Translations under genes and position numbers: made by a program
NCBI GenBank assembly: GCA_002737705.1
Contig: NSIM01000001.1
Coordinates: 66,472-130,471 of the forward strand
Source of the DNA: Flavobacteriales bacterium
Lineage (GTDB): Bacteria > Bacteroidota > Bacteroidia > NS11-12g > UBA955
Direction: 5' to 3'
Length of the DNA: 64,000 bases
The notes under the pieces: generated by a model
Told to the model about the DNA's origin: nothing
The model's database searches: none
Seen by the model: only the letters and a program-made list of their open reading frames with translations
Shown: positions 27,772 to 37,602 of the stretch, in pieces
Numbering within the stretch: the stretch's first letter is position 1
Layout of the letters: the number at the start of each line of letters is the position of its first letter

Positions 27772-30504
27772 ATGAAAAATTTTTTACTATTGGGGGTTAT
27801 TTTATGCTTATTACCCTTAAAAGCGCAACTTGTTGAAGGGGGAAGGAAAATTGTTTCCGATATTCCTCAATTAACCAAAAAATCTGTAGAAAACAGGAGC
27901 GCTTCTAAACCTACAAAATGCGGTGCAGATACGTCGTATTTTCCTTCTGCTGGCACAACAGCATACAACAGTATCACAATTAAAAAAGGGAGTTCTCTGG
28001 GACAATTTTTTGATGCGCCCTCATCAATGACAGTATCGGGGTTTCGTTTTTTTGGTTTTTCGGTTCCCCCAACGCCTGCGCGCTCTTTGAAAATAAACAT
28101 TATTTGTAATTTATACAAGGCAGGTGCCGACTCCTTGCCCAGCGGATCTCCATTGGCCAGCGATACGATCACTGTAGATACTGTTATGGGAAGCACTATA
28201 CCCTTGAGTCGTATTGTGCTCAATGCCGATTTTGGCAAAGCCGTCTCAGTTACAAGCCCCTATATTATTGTAGTTGAATCTGACAGTTCAAGTGCTTTGG
28301 CGGCGGTGGTTTCAAATTCTTGGGCCAACGGTGATGGCAAGAAACGCAACCTATGTGTTGGCTCGGTTAGTGGCAAATGGTATCGGTGCTTGAGTTTGAA
28401 TATTGGTGGTGTTTCGTTCAACAGCCATATGCAGATGTATCCATTTGTAGGTTATAAACTGGGGGCTGATTTTTCCTTCACACAGAATTGTTATGCAAAT
28501 TCAGACACCTTGTACTTTGCGAACCAGAATAAGAAAAACGTGAGTGGAAGCATATTTTACAATTATTATGTATATGCCAATTTTGAGAGGTTTAGCCATC
28601 TGTGGATGTTTGACAACGCCACTTATCTCAACGCCGTGAATGGGAAATTCAAACCCCAATCACGAAAAAACATACCTGTTCGCTTAATTTCAACCCTTTA
28701 CGGATATTCAGGACCTCCGTATTTTGCGAACCGAATTCAATGTGCTGATACGTCGCTACAAACCATTTATTTCAAACCCAGTACTCCCAGTCTATACGAT
28801 TCAGCCAAAGGGTGCATTGGCGATACTGTATCAATCATTGTCACATCGGATGCACAGGCCAAATTGCAATGGTTTGCTAAAATTGGAGATCCAAAGCCCT
28901 TCTTTGAGGGAAATAAATACACTATTTACAATGCTCAAAAAAACGACACATTTTATGTTAAGGCAGTCAACAATACCTGTGAATCGGGTTGGTTAACGGT
29001 GGCATTTTCAGTCAATAATTATCCTACTCAATTTACAATTAAGAATGATTCAATTTGCGCGGGAGCGACAGCCAATTTACAGGCAAGCACAAATTTTGGA
29101 GAATTGTATTGGTATGACCAAGCCATAGGCGGAAATTTGGTGTATACAGGTTCTGTATTGCAAACAGGCAAGCTTAGCAAGGATACCCAATTTTATGTCA
29201 TCGCCAATAATAATGGTTGTTATTTTGCGGGTGGTCCAAAGCGGGTTAAAGCATTTGTTGGATCCAGTTTTGCGCCCAGTGCGCCCAAAGTTCCTTCCGA
29301 TACATTTGTGTGTGCAAGGGGAGGTAACAATACAGTTACCTTAATCGCCAAGCCCAATGGCAATGATACATTGCGGTGGTTTCTCGTCGCCACAGGGGGA
29401 AATCCAGTGGCAATAGGAAATCAGTATACATTCAAAGGGGGTAAACGTGGAGAAGAGTTTGTATATGTTGAGTCTTGGAATGGAATATGCGGAAGTGGCC
29501 GATCGTCAGTTAAAATAAATATACTTGATTTCCCTGAAGTATTTGGTGCACAAGGCGATACAGCGTGCTCGAATGATTCGGTCAGACTCTTTGGATCAAC
29601 ACCCTGGGGGAAATTACATTGGTATTTGAAAAAAACAGATAAAACACCTTTTTACAGTGGCAAAAATCCGGTTATGGGCGGGTTAACGGGTGAACGGTTT
29701 GTCTATTATAAGTCTTCTGAAGGGGCTTGTTTTGCAGGGAGTTTTGATAGTGTTGCGGTCATTGTGAATGAAATTCCCATACCATTATCCACAGATGCAA
29801 TACCTGTATGCTCTAAAGGGCTGGGTAGTATGAAAGTTCTAATCCCTTTTGGCAAAGTATATTGGTATGAAGATACCCTTGCAACAGAACCTTTATATAT
29901 TGGATCTACCTATAATTTGGGCATGGTGTTGAGCACCCGAAAAGTGTATTATCAAACTGAAAACAAAGCATGTTTTGGTAAGCGTACGCTATTGGAACTC
30001 AAGGTAAAACCCCGACCTGCGGCCGGTTTTACTTGGAACTTGTTGTGGCAACACAAACTCAATTGTGTGCCCATTTCTACTGCAGGTCTTAGTTTTGACT
30101 GGGATTGGGGCGATGGAACCAAGAAAACAGGGTTGCCAGGCGTACACCAATACAGTAGTGCAGGACAATACATGGTTCGTTTAGTGGCCACCAGCAATAG
30201 CAATGGATGTAAAGACACGGCCGATATTTCTGTATTGTTAAACCATACCGCTGTCAAAGATATCACCAAGCAACAAATTCGGGCTTATCCAAATCCATCA
30301 ACAATCGGATCAAGTATCCTTTTGCGGGGATTGGGAAATGTGTCTGTAACATGGATTGATGCTTTGGGGCGCATTGTTGACATGGGAAATACCCTAAACG
30401 ATGTGCTCATTGTCCCATTAAAACTTAATCCAGGCTTGTATTATCTTCTGGTTAATGGCAGTTCCCGATATTACCCCATTCCCTTGGTGATTCAAGCGAG
30501 ATAG
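27772..30504 (+). CDS. Large secreted protein with tandem Ig-like repeats, a PKD domain and a T9SS type A C-terminal domain
   Basis: Signal peptide LKA-Q; about 5 'xWY...GG...F/YYV..NxC' Ig-like repeats; WDWGDG PKD motif; AYPNPS...PGLYYL C-terminal domain. Confidence 0.85.
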   Translation: MKNFLLLGVILCLLPLKAQLVEGGRKIVSDIPQLTKKSVENRSASKPTKCGADTSYFPSAGTTAYNSITIKKGSSLGQFFDAPSSMTVSGFRFFGFSVPPTPARSLKINIICNLYKAGADSLPSGSPLASDTITVDTVMGSTIPLSRIVLNADFGKAVSVTSPYIIVVESDSSSALAAVVSNSWANGDGKKRNLCVGSVSGKWYRCLSLNIGGVSFNSHMQMYPFVGYKLGADFSFTQNCYANSDTLYFANQNKKNVSGSIFYNYYVYANFERFSHLWMFDNATYLNAVNGKFKPQSRKNIPVRLISTLYGYSGPPYFANRIQCADTSLQTIYFKPSTPSLYDSAKGCIGDTVSIIVTSDAQAKLQWFAKIGDPKPFFEGNKYTIYNAQKNDTFYVKAVNNTCESGWLTVAFSVNNYPTQFTIKNDSICAGATANLQASTNFGELYWYDQAIGGNLVYTGSVLQTGKLSKDTQFYVIANNNGCYFAGGPKRVKAFVGSSFAPSAPKVPSDTFVCARGGNNTVTLIAKPNGNDTLRWFLVATGGNPVAIGNQYTFKGGKRGEEFVYVESWNGICGSGRSSVKINILDFPEVFGAQGDTACSNDSVRLFGSTPWGKLHWYLKKTDKTPFYSGKNPVMGGLTGERFVYYKSSEGACFAGSFDSVAVIVNEIPIPLSTDAIPVCSKGLGSMKVLIPFGKVYWYEDTLATEPLYIGSTYNLGMVLSTRKVYYQTENKACFGKRTLLELKVKPRPAAGFTWNLLWQHKLNCVPISTAGLSFDWDWGDGTKKTGLPGVHQYSSAGQYMVRLVATSNSNGCKDTADISVLLNHTAVKDITKQQIRAYPNPSTIGSSILLRGLGNVSVTWIDALGRIVDMGNTLNDVLIVPLKLNPGLYYLLVNGSSRYYPIPLVIQAR

Positions 30505-30641
30505 TAGGTATAAATAATACCGCGGCAAACTGCAATGACACACAAGTCCTATTCGTCCATACAAACTACTACTGGGTAATTTGCGTTGTAAGGGCTTTTA
30601 TAACCAAGGTGTTTTCTTCTTTCACGCACAAAGGGTATATT

Positions 30642-31697
30642 TTATTCTTTGTAAGGGTCTAGTGCATCGCGAAGTCCCATTGACATTAAATTAAAAGCCA
30701 TTACAAGAATCATAATGGCGATTCCTGGAATCAGTGCCAAATAGCTATTGTCAAGCACCAAATAACCTAAATTTTCTTTCACCATCAAGCCCCAGGAAGG
30801 TGTTGGAGGTGCGACACCCAGTCCCAAGAAGCCCAATCCTGCTTCTAACAATATAGCCGATGCAAAATTGGTTGTTGCCAAAACAGTGAGAGAGCCTTTT
30901 AGGTTTGGCAAAATATGCTTAAGCATGATGCGGGTATGAGAGAATCCCGTGATTTTGGCTGCGAGAACAAATTCGCGTTGTTTAATTTGAAGCGTTTGTC
31001 CGCGAACAACCCGCGCCACTTCTACCCATGTGCTCAATGCGGTTGCAAGCAAAACCTGGTAATATCCCTTGCCCAATAACATGCTGAGGCCCAAGGCAAT
31101 AAGCAATGTGGGTACCGACCAAAACACAGTGATTAGCCAGGATAGGAATACATCAATTTTTCCTCCAAAATACCCTGCAATAATGCCCACTGCAATGCCA
31201 ATAATCAAGGATATAAGCATGGCAAAAAATCCAATGGATAGGCTAATACGAGCACCAATTATCATTCTACTGAGGATATCTCTTCCAAATTGGTCGCTGC
31301 CAAGCCAGAAAGTCCGATTCTGTATTGGTTTGTCTGTAGCGCGTAGTTTTTGATTGCCAAGATTCTGGTTTTTTGTACTTTCTAAGGCTTGTATTTTCGG
31401 CAAATCTGGATTCCCTAAAGCCCAGTATAAATAGGGGGGTGTATTGGCAAAATTTTCTGCATTCATTGGCGCCGATGGGGCTATTGCAGGTTCAAGTACT
31501 TCTTGTGGAACTTGGATTTCATCCCGAAAATACACCGTACTCCCAGGCCCGAGGTTAGACCATTCTGGCACGATTTGGTTGGCATTCGGTGATTTGTCAA
31601 TGGTGATGGAATATCCCAAAACACCCACAACGACGAATACCAGGCAGAGTGAGGCCCCAGACAGAAACAATTTACTTTTTTTGAGTTTCTCGTACAT
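30642..31697 (-). CDS. ABC transporter permease (OppC/DppC family)
   Basis: LGSDQFGRDILSR, GARISL, EFVLAA...G, HILPN, PPTPSWG, GLRDALDP; start overlaps the upstream gene by 26 nt. Confidence 0.92.
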   Translation of the reverse strand: MYEKLKKSKLFLSGASLCLVFVVVGVLGYSITIDKSPNANQIVPEWSNLGPGSTVYFRDEIQVPQEVLEPAIAPSAPMNAENFANTPPYLYWALGNPDLPKIQALESTKNQNLGNQKLRATDKPIQNRTFWLGSDQFGRDILSRMIIGARISLSIGFFAMLISLIIGIAVGIIAGYFGGKIDVFLSWLITVFWSVPTLLIALGLSMLLGKGYYQVLLATALSTWVEVARVVRGQTLQIKQREFVLAAKITGFSHTRIMLKHILPNLKGSLTVLATTNFASAILLEAGLGFLGLGVAPPTPSWGLMVKENLGYLVLDNSYLALIPGIAIMILVMAFNLMSMGLRDALDPYKE

Positions 31698-33144
31698 TGT
31701 CGAGGGGTTCTTTATGGTAAATGTCGAGTGCGGCAATGACTGCCGTGAACGTCCACAAAGGAACAGCAATTTTATCGTACTGACTGTAGTTGTTTATGAA
31801 TCCATGCACATAGTAGGTGATCAGTCCCAGCATTGCAATCAAGACTGTGTAACGGACTTTACCGTTTTGGTGCGCATAATAAACCCTAAACCCGATGGCC
31901 AATGTCGAAAGTACGACTCCAAGCCAGGCGATAAGACCAGGAAATCCAATTTCACTCATCGCAGAAAAATATTCGCTGTGTGCATCACCCATATCACCCC
32001 TAAATGTGCTAATAAGTGTGAGTTCATTGCTCTTTTGGAATGGCGAATATTGGAAAACATACGTGCCTGGCCCAAATCCAGACCAAGGGCGTTCTGCCAC
32101 CATTCTTGCAGCGCATTTCCAACGATTAATGCGTTCCATATTGCTTGGATCTGTGCTTACATTGGATGCAGATTTTACATGGCCTTCAATATCATCACTG
32201 CTTCCTTGCTTGTTTCCTTCTAAATCAAACATAATTCTGTCTTGCTCAACGATACCATATAGTGCCGTTAGAAATAACAATAGGGCGATCAACTTAAATC
32301 GAAGACGCAATGTTAGGGCACCAAAAACCAGTAGGGCAATAACCAAGCTTAGCCAGGTTGCGCGGGTATAGCTTACGACAATACCAAATACCAAAATGGT
32401 TAAAAGAAAAATTATTGCTGGTGAAGAGAGTAAGGGAATCCTGAAATGGCGCCCTGCAAAGCTGTATACAACCAAAATGGACACCGCAAATGCAATGGCT
32501 GCTGCATACATACCATGGTCTGGGAAGAAAGGCCATGAAATGCTATAGCTGCTGCTGCGAACAAATCCATCTGCAGCGTGTTTGGATAGGGTAAAAATCA
32601 CCAGTAAAAGTGTTGTAAATGCAAAGGCTTTGAAAAACCAATGCATATTTTTGAAGGAGGAGAAAATACGTAAAGTACAGAAATAGAACAAAACAATGTA
32701 ACAGGTTCGGGCCACCGTAAACTTGAGACTTACCATAGGCATTGTACTGAATAGTGTCGAAATCCACAGCAAGCAGAGGTAAATTAAAAGGCAAATACTG
32801 ATGGGATGAAGGAGTATTGCACGATCAAATTCGGGATGAAGAAGCCAACGAAAAATCACAAATACAAACAGTAGGGTATAGAGAGGTTCAGTGGGGAGTG
32901 AAATTCCAAATCCTCCCCCGATATCATCAAAATTAATGCTCAATGGGGCAAGGGCTCCGAAGAAAAGTAAGCTGCGTTCTGTATAAAAGAAAACCAATAA
33001 AAGTAGACCAAGCACCACGGGGATAAACAAGAGATAATACAATTCAAACAGGGTCGCGAATACTGAAAAAACGACAATGAGTAGAACAGATGCGATAACC
33101 GCAAAACGCGATTGTAGATTGGGTATTGCGTGTGGGTGTAGCAC
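31672..33144 (-). CDS. O-antigen ligase/Wzy-family membrane protein
   Basis: Multiple TM segments; SYTRATW, SNMER..RW, GFGPGTY, AHSEY..SEIG Wzy_C motifs. Confidence 0.88.
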   Translation of the reverse strand: MLHPHAIPNLQSRFAVIASVLLIVVFSVFATLFELYYLLFIPVVLGLLLLVFFYTERSLLFFGALAPLSINFDDIGGGFGISLPTEPLYTLLFVFVIFRWLLHPEFDRAILLHPISICLLIYLCLLWISTLFSTMPMVSLKFTVARTCYIVLFYFCTLRIFSSFKNMHWFFKAFAFTTLLLVIFTLSKHAADGFVRSSSYSISWPFFPDHGMYAAAIAFAVSILVVYSFAGRHFRIPLLSSPAIIFLLTILVFGIVVSYTRATWLSLVIALLVFGALTLRLRFKLIALLLFLTALYGIVEQDRIMFDLEGNKQGSSDDIEGHVKSASNVSTDPSNMERINRWKCAARMVAERPWSGFGPGTYVFQYSPFQKSNELTLISTFRGDMGDAHSEYFSAMSEIGFPGLIAWLGVVLSTLAIGFRVYYAHQNGKVRYTVLIAMLGLITYYVHGFINNYSQYDKIAVPLWTFTAVIAALDIYHKEPLDNVRETQKK

Positions 33145-33147
33145 AAT

Positions 33148-34215
33148 TTATGCGCCGGGTTGTTTCCGGAAAAGTTCAATCATGACAAGCACCAATGAGG
33201 TAGCCAGCAAGGTAGACAAAACAGAAATTATCATCACAAAACCCCGTTTTGGCCAAAATTTTATTTCGGGATTTGAAGCCGCCTCGATGGTCATTTTATG
33301 CGACATTTGTTCATTCACATCGACAACACGTCTTTCATATTGTGCGATTAAATCACTTTCTTTTTCTTCTTCTAATTTGATTAATTCTTGCAATGCCACA
33401 AAATCTCCGCCACTCCGAACCAGGGTCTTTTGCTGCTCTAAAAGTGAATTCATTTGGGTAGTTTTTCCACTCGATTGTGCTTTATAAATTTCTTCTGCCA
33501 ATGCCCTACTCTGTTCTTCGTAATTGGTAATGCCTTCTTCGCCCAATTTACGCATCTGGTCTTTTGTAATTTGGATTTTGTTGCGCTTGGCCTGCAAAGC
33601 CCGTTCAACAATTTTTAATGCAGGAATTGCAATCTGGTTTTGCACTTCAGTTTTAATAGAATCAAACAAAATCGCCATTCCGTTGGCCAAATCTGCAGCC
33701 ATTTGGGGATTTTCATCGAGCACTTCAATTTTAACACTGAGGTACCTTGTGCGGGTGACACTAAAATTGTCTTTTAATTTATATTGCAATGCCGTTTTCG
33801 GATATTTCTCTGTCTTTGAATTGATATTGTAATGTTTGTACAAATCAAAATTTCTTACCAATCTGCTGGTTAAATCACCTGAGAGTAAAATTTGCATCGC
33901 TTTTTCAGCCTCTTCTTCCTCCCCAAATTCGAGGGGGTCATTTTTACTCTGGTGGATATCAGATAGCAAAGCTTCGGAAATAGAATTGTTTTTGGTGGGG
34001 TAAAATATATGTGTAGCCTGGTATTTTGGCTTGGTAATAAAGGGCATGGTTACAACAAACGCCAGCGCAGCTGCAATGCTACACGAAACAAAGAGAAGTT
34101 TCCGCCAACGCCAGAAAAAATTGATAACATCTATAAGATTGAGAGGTTGTATGGTTTCTTCCGAAATGAGATTTTTTGGCTTATTAATGGGGTTTGATGG
34201 CATCATTTCCTTCAT
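33148..34215 (-). CDS. Wzz/FepE-like polysaccharide chain-length determinant
   Basis: N-terminal TM plus PKY, coiled-coil centre, C-terminal PEIKFWPKR plus TM. Confidence 0.85.
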   Translation of the reverse strand: MKEMMPSNPINKPKNLISEETIQPLNLIDVINFFWRWRKLLFVSCSIAAALAFVVTMPFITKPKYQATHIFYPTKNNSISEALLSDIHQSKNDPLEFGEEEEAEKAMQILLSGDLTSRLVRNFDLYKHYNINSKTEKYPKTALQYKLKDNFSVTRTRYLSVKIEVLDENPQMAADLANGMAILFDSIKTEVQNQIAIPALKIVERALQAKRNKIQITKDQMRKLGEEGITNYEEQSRALAEEIYKAQSSGKTTQMNSLLEQQKTLVRSGGDFVALQELIKLEEEKESDLIAQYERRVVDVNEQMSHKMTIEAASNPEIKFWPKRGFVMIISVLSTLLATSLVLVMIELFRKQPGA

Positions 34216-34292
34216 GTTCGAGATTCAAAATTACCTATTCTACGATTGTAAATCGTTAAAATTTTATTTGCTTCAAAAAAAGTTCAATTTGT

Positions 34293-34952
34293 TTAGATAT
34301 CAAAAAATTTGAAGGCAATATCAAAGGCTTTTTTGTCATTTTCATCGTGGTCTTCGGCCATGAAAACATGTTCAACCACAATTTGCTGTCGGTGCAAGGT
34401 TGCCAGTATTGCTTTTACCTTGATACTATTGAGTTTGATATTAATTCGCAACTGCCCATCCGAAGTATGATTAATCATGATTCCGAGTATTTTCGCACCA
34501 TTTTCTTCTATCCATCTTGCCAATATAGAAGGTGCGAAATCGCGGTCGTTCATCAAGAGAACCAAAATGGCACCCATTCCACGATAAGTAAAACTTTCTG
34601 CAATGTGTTTGTTGATATTTTTTTGTTCAATGATACCCAAAAACAATCCCTGGTCATCGACCACAGCCAAAAGAGACAAGTCATTTACGGCCAACATGGG
34701 CACAAGTTCGTATAAATGATTATTGGATCTAGCAGCAGGGGGAAAGGGATTTTTTGCGATCGATTCGTGTAATTTTTGTGTTTTGGGCAAAGTCCCAAGT
34801 TGGGACAATCGTGCATAATTGTATAATTTTTTCTGTTCTACTACCGGTAGTTCAGTAACGCCTTGTTCGATCATGAAGAGCAGGGCGGCTTCTACAGAGT
34901 CGGTTATGCGGAGTGGGCACAAGTGTTCATTTATGAGTTGGGATGCAATCAT
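34293..34952 (-). CDS. CBS-domain protein (with ACT-like C-terminus)
   Basis: LPVVE, LAVVDDQGLFLGII, GAILVL, IEENGAKI; Bacteroidota CBS family. Confidence 0.8.
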   Translation of the reverse strand: MIASQLINEHLCPLRITDSVEAALLFMIEQGVTELPVVEQKKLYNYARLSQLGTLPKTQKLHESIAKNPFPPAARSNNHLYELVPMLAVNDLSLLAVVDDQGLFLGIIEQKNINKHIAESFTYRGMGAILVLLMNDRDFAPSILARWIEENGAKILGIMINHTSDGQLRINIKLNSIKVKAILATLHRQQIVVEHVFMAEDHDENDKKAFDIAFKFFDI

Positions 34953-35102
34953 CGAATACAAATATAACGTGACAGGGGTTTATTTGTTTGATTTTTCGGG
35001 TGGGAGTTATTCCAAGGGGATATTTTTTATCGATGTTTTGCCTTGTGTGCGAAAAAAATTGTTCAATTACATTGAATTGTCAGATTGTTGAATCACAGTG
35101 AA

Positions 35103-35627
35103 TCACCAGATTGTTGAATCAGAATTATTCCAGGTATTTTGCAATTTCATTACTTTTTCGATGAGTTCGCGTGCACAGCCCATTCCCCCGTTTGAAGTCG
35201 AAATATAATGCGCGATTTCCAGCACTTCTTGGCAGGCATCTGCAGGGCTGCAAGGCAAACCTACTTTTTTCAATACAGGCAGATCTGGGTAGTCATCCCC
35301 CATATATGCGACATCCTTGGCATCCAGATTCCATTTAGAAAGGAGTTCTTCAAAGGCTCCCATTTTGTGGCTTTGCCCCAAATACACATCTGTTATTCCC
35401 AATCCTTGCAGTCGTGCTAAAATACCACTTCCTTTTCCACCCGAAATAATCCCAATACAATACCCTTGTTTAATGGCGTGTTGAAGTGCATATCCGTCTT
35501 TGATATTCATGCTGCGAAGCATATGCCCTTCCTCTGTTATCAAAACTTGACCATTGGTGAGTACACCGTCGATATCGAATACAAAGGCCTTTATTTTTTT
35601 GAACGAGGTGCTTAGATTTTCTGACAT
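35103..35627 (-). CDS. kdsC: KDO 8-phosphate phosphatase (HAD family, KdsC/YrbI)
   Basis: FDIDGVLT, KDGY, IISGG, YMGDDYPD, GGMGCARE; start at ATG 35627. Confidence 0.92.
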   Translation of the reverse strand: MSENLSTSFKKIKAFVFDIDGVLTNGQVLITEEGHMLRSMNIKDGYALQHAIKQGYCIGIISGGKGSGILARLQGLGITDVYLGQSHKMGAFEELLSKWNLDAKDVAYMGDDYPDLPVLKKVGLPCSPADACQEVLEIAHYISTSNGGMGCARELIEKVMKLQNTWNNSDSTIW

Positions 35628-35629
35628 GA

Positions 35630-36805
35630 TCAATAGGTGCGGGTCATGTTGGTCGGAATAACAATAACAAAATCGGCGATGTTTATATTTTCTTTTTCTA
35701 AGGGATTCACTGCGTCTTGTAAGCGAGAAGCAATGGTTATTATGTGGATTGGTTTGGGTATTTCTTTGCAAACAATGACCGCATTTCTTGCTTCTTCTTC
35801 CTTGCGCAAATACCACGAAATACTTTCATAGTGGTCGGAATGGTAGGTTCCATTATAGTGTATGAAAATGCCACCACCGACTGTATGTGATTTTTTTTGG
35901 GTGCTGGGTTCAGGCGTTCCATCTCCAAGAAATGTGGCAGTGGCCTTGTTTTTTTTGGATAAGGGGTTTGGTGGTTTAGATGAAGATTCAGATGAAACTT
36001 TTGGAATGCCATCTGTGGGCTGGGGAAGATTTGACCATATTTTCCATGCCATGGTGGCATCTTTGATAGCCTGACTTTTAGGCAAATTTTGTCCACCATG
36101 TCCACCCGTAGCCATAAATATTTCTTTGTAGCAGCGCAGGGAACTGTCGTAGGATATCGGGAGGTTTGGAAATAGTTTTTTCTGATCCAGTGGAAGCGTA
36201 TCTAAGGACTGGAAGTCGCCGCGGTATACCAAATTTGCATATTTTCGGGGAATGTTGGTGGCAATAAATGGCAGGCCATTTTCCTTGGCAAAATTCAATA
36301 ATGGGGCGTAATCAGTTTTATAATTTGGCCACAATTTTATGGATTTTTTCAATGCGGTATAGGCAGGATCGTCTCCAGTCATGGCTCCCATGGGACTCAT
36401 TATTTTTTCGGCAGCTTGGTTTGAGTCGCTAGGATTTAGGTATTCATCCAACGCCATTTGCTGGTTTGTTTCGAACATTTCAGCGCCCAAAACCATGTTG
36501 TTGTTGCTGCGGTACAAATCAGAACTCATTTGAATTTGAAGCCAGTGAACAATCGGATTGTCGTGTAATTCGCCAAACAACAAAACGGTACTGGTCTCTG
36601 AATGGGCTTTAATTTTTGCTTTCAAAGATTTGAGAAATTGGGCGTAGGAAATTTTTTTACCCTTGGCATTGTATAGTTCAAATGCACTGATATTTTTTGC
36701 AGAAACAGGGGAAGATATTGTTTTTTCATCCTGTAACGATTGTGCATGTACTTCCGAAAAAAAAAGATACAACAAAGCGCCACACATTTTTGGTATTGAG
36801 AGCAT
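35630..36805 (-). CDS. ChaN-family (heme/iron-uptake-related) exported protein with two low-complexity insertions
   Basis: LFGELHDNP..HWLQ, LGAEMFE, LWPNYKTDYAPL, ATNIPR, QAIKDATMA, HYNGTYHS; signal peptide VHA-Q; start 4 nt after TATATTTG (36810-36817). Confidence 0.85.
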   Translation of the reverse strand: MLSIPKMCGALLYLFFSEVHAQSLQDEKTISSPVSAKNISAFELYNAKGKKISYAQFLKSLKAKIKAHSETSTVLLFGELHDNPIVHWLQIQMSSDLYRSNNNMVLGAEMFETNQQMALDEYLNPSDSNQAAEKIMSPMGAMTGDDPAYTALKKSIKLWPNYKTDYAPLLNFAKENGLPFIATNIPRKYANLVYRGDFQSLDTLPLDQKKLFPNLPISYDSSLRCYKEIFMATGGHGGQNLPKSQAIKDATMAWKIWSNLPQPTDGIPKVSSESSSKPPNPLSKKNKATATFLGDGTPEPSTQKKSHTVGGGIFIHYNGTYHSDHYESISWYLRKEEEARNAVIVCKEIPKPIHIITIASRLQDAVNPLEKENINIADFVIVIPTNMTRTY

Positions 36806-37247
36806 TCGGCAAATATAGGGTAGATTTTCTGGCGCAATATGGGGATGATTTTTAGAACGGAAGCGATTTGTCAGGATAGACGATTTTCCGAACAGGTTTT
36901 TTGTTTTAATACCTTCGGTAAGTTGCAATCCACCCTTTTACTTTTATTTCTTCAATCCGGATTAAGCGGTGCAATCTTTTTTGAAGGGGCTAATTTTTTT
37001 TCAGAAATGCCCCCCAAGTATGTTGCTGCCTTTTATCGAGATTGATATCGGATCATTCCATTTTTTTGGGAAGATCCATTTCCAAGTATTGTTTGATACA
37101 TAAAAATCAAAATATATAGTTGAATCAAAATGATGCTTAATACAACTCAAAATAGTAATTCAGAAGCACCAAGCTTTTGGCCCAACAACTGGGGAGTATT
37201 ACAAACAGCACCTTCCAAATAAATAAAAAATATTGAAAACAAACAAA

Positions 37248-37550
37248 ATGAAAACTCCATCTATTTCAACTATAAAAATAGCAGTTGTATTGTTACTACT
37301 TTTTTCAACCGTGTCTTTATTTGCGCAACATACACCCAAAAAAACAAAAGCATCTATGAAATCTGGTGGTTCAATATCGGCAAGTTATCATGCTGGATCT
37401 GAATCTGCATTTTTAAATTTCGGAGGTCCAGGAGTAGGGCTCGACTAAGGAAAATTTGGAATTTCTTATCACATGTTTCCATCGTTAAGATATTTTCATG
37501 GTGATCAGGATGAAACAAACCCATATAGAGTCAAAACTAAAATAACACCA
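37248..37550 (+). pseudogene. Nonsense-interrupted, apparently 3'-truncated exported (outer-membrane beta-strand-like) protein gene
   Basis: Signal peptide LFA-Q; reading frame FLNFGGPGVGLD*GKFGISYHMFPSLRY continues in frame past TAA 37446-37448; AT-rich context. Confidence 0.7.
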
Positions 37551-37602
37551 ATGCATCTTTTTTACCATGGTGGTTTCAGGTTACGAAAGAAAATATTTAC
37601 AA

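Noticed and set aside
31444-32223. 259-aa + strand ORF
   Set aside because: Entirely antisense to two well-supported genes and has no recognisable motifs; treated as a shadow ORF.
37446-37448. Stop-codon readthrough or alternative genetic code
   Set aside because: TAA terminates many intact genes in the window and no other in-frame stop was seen; a nonsense mutation is simpler.
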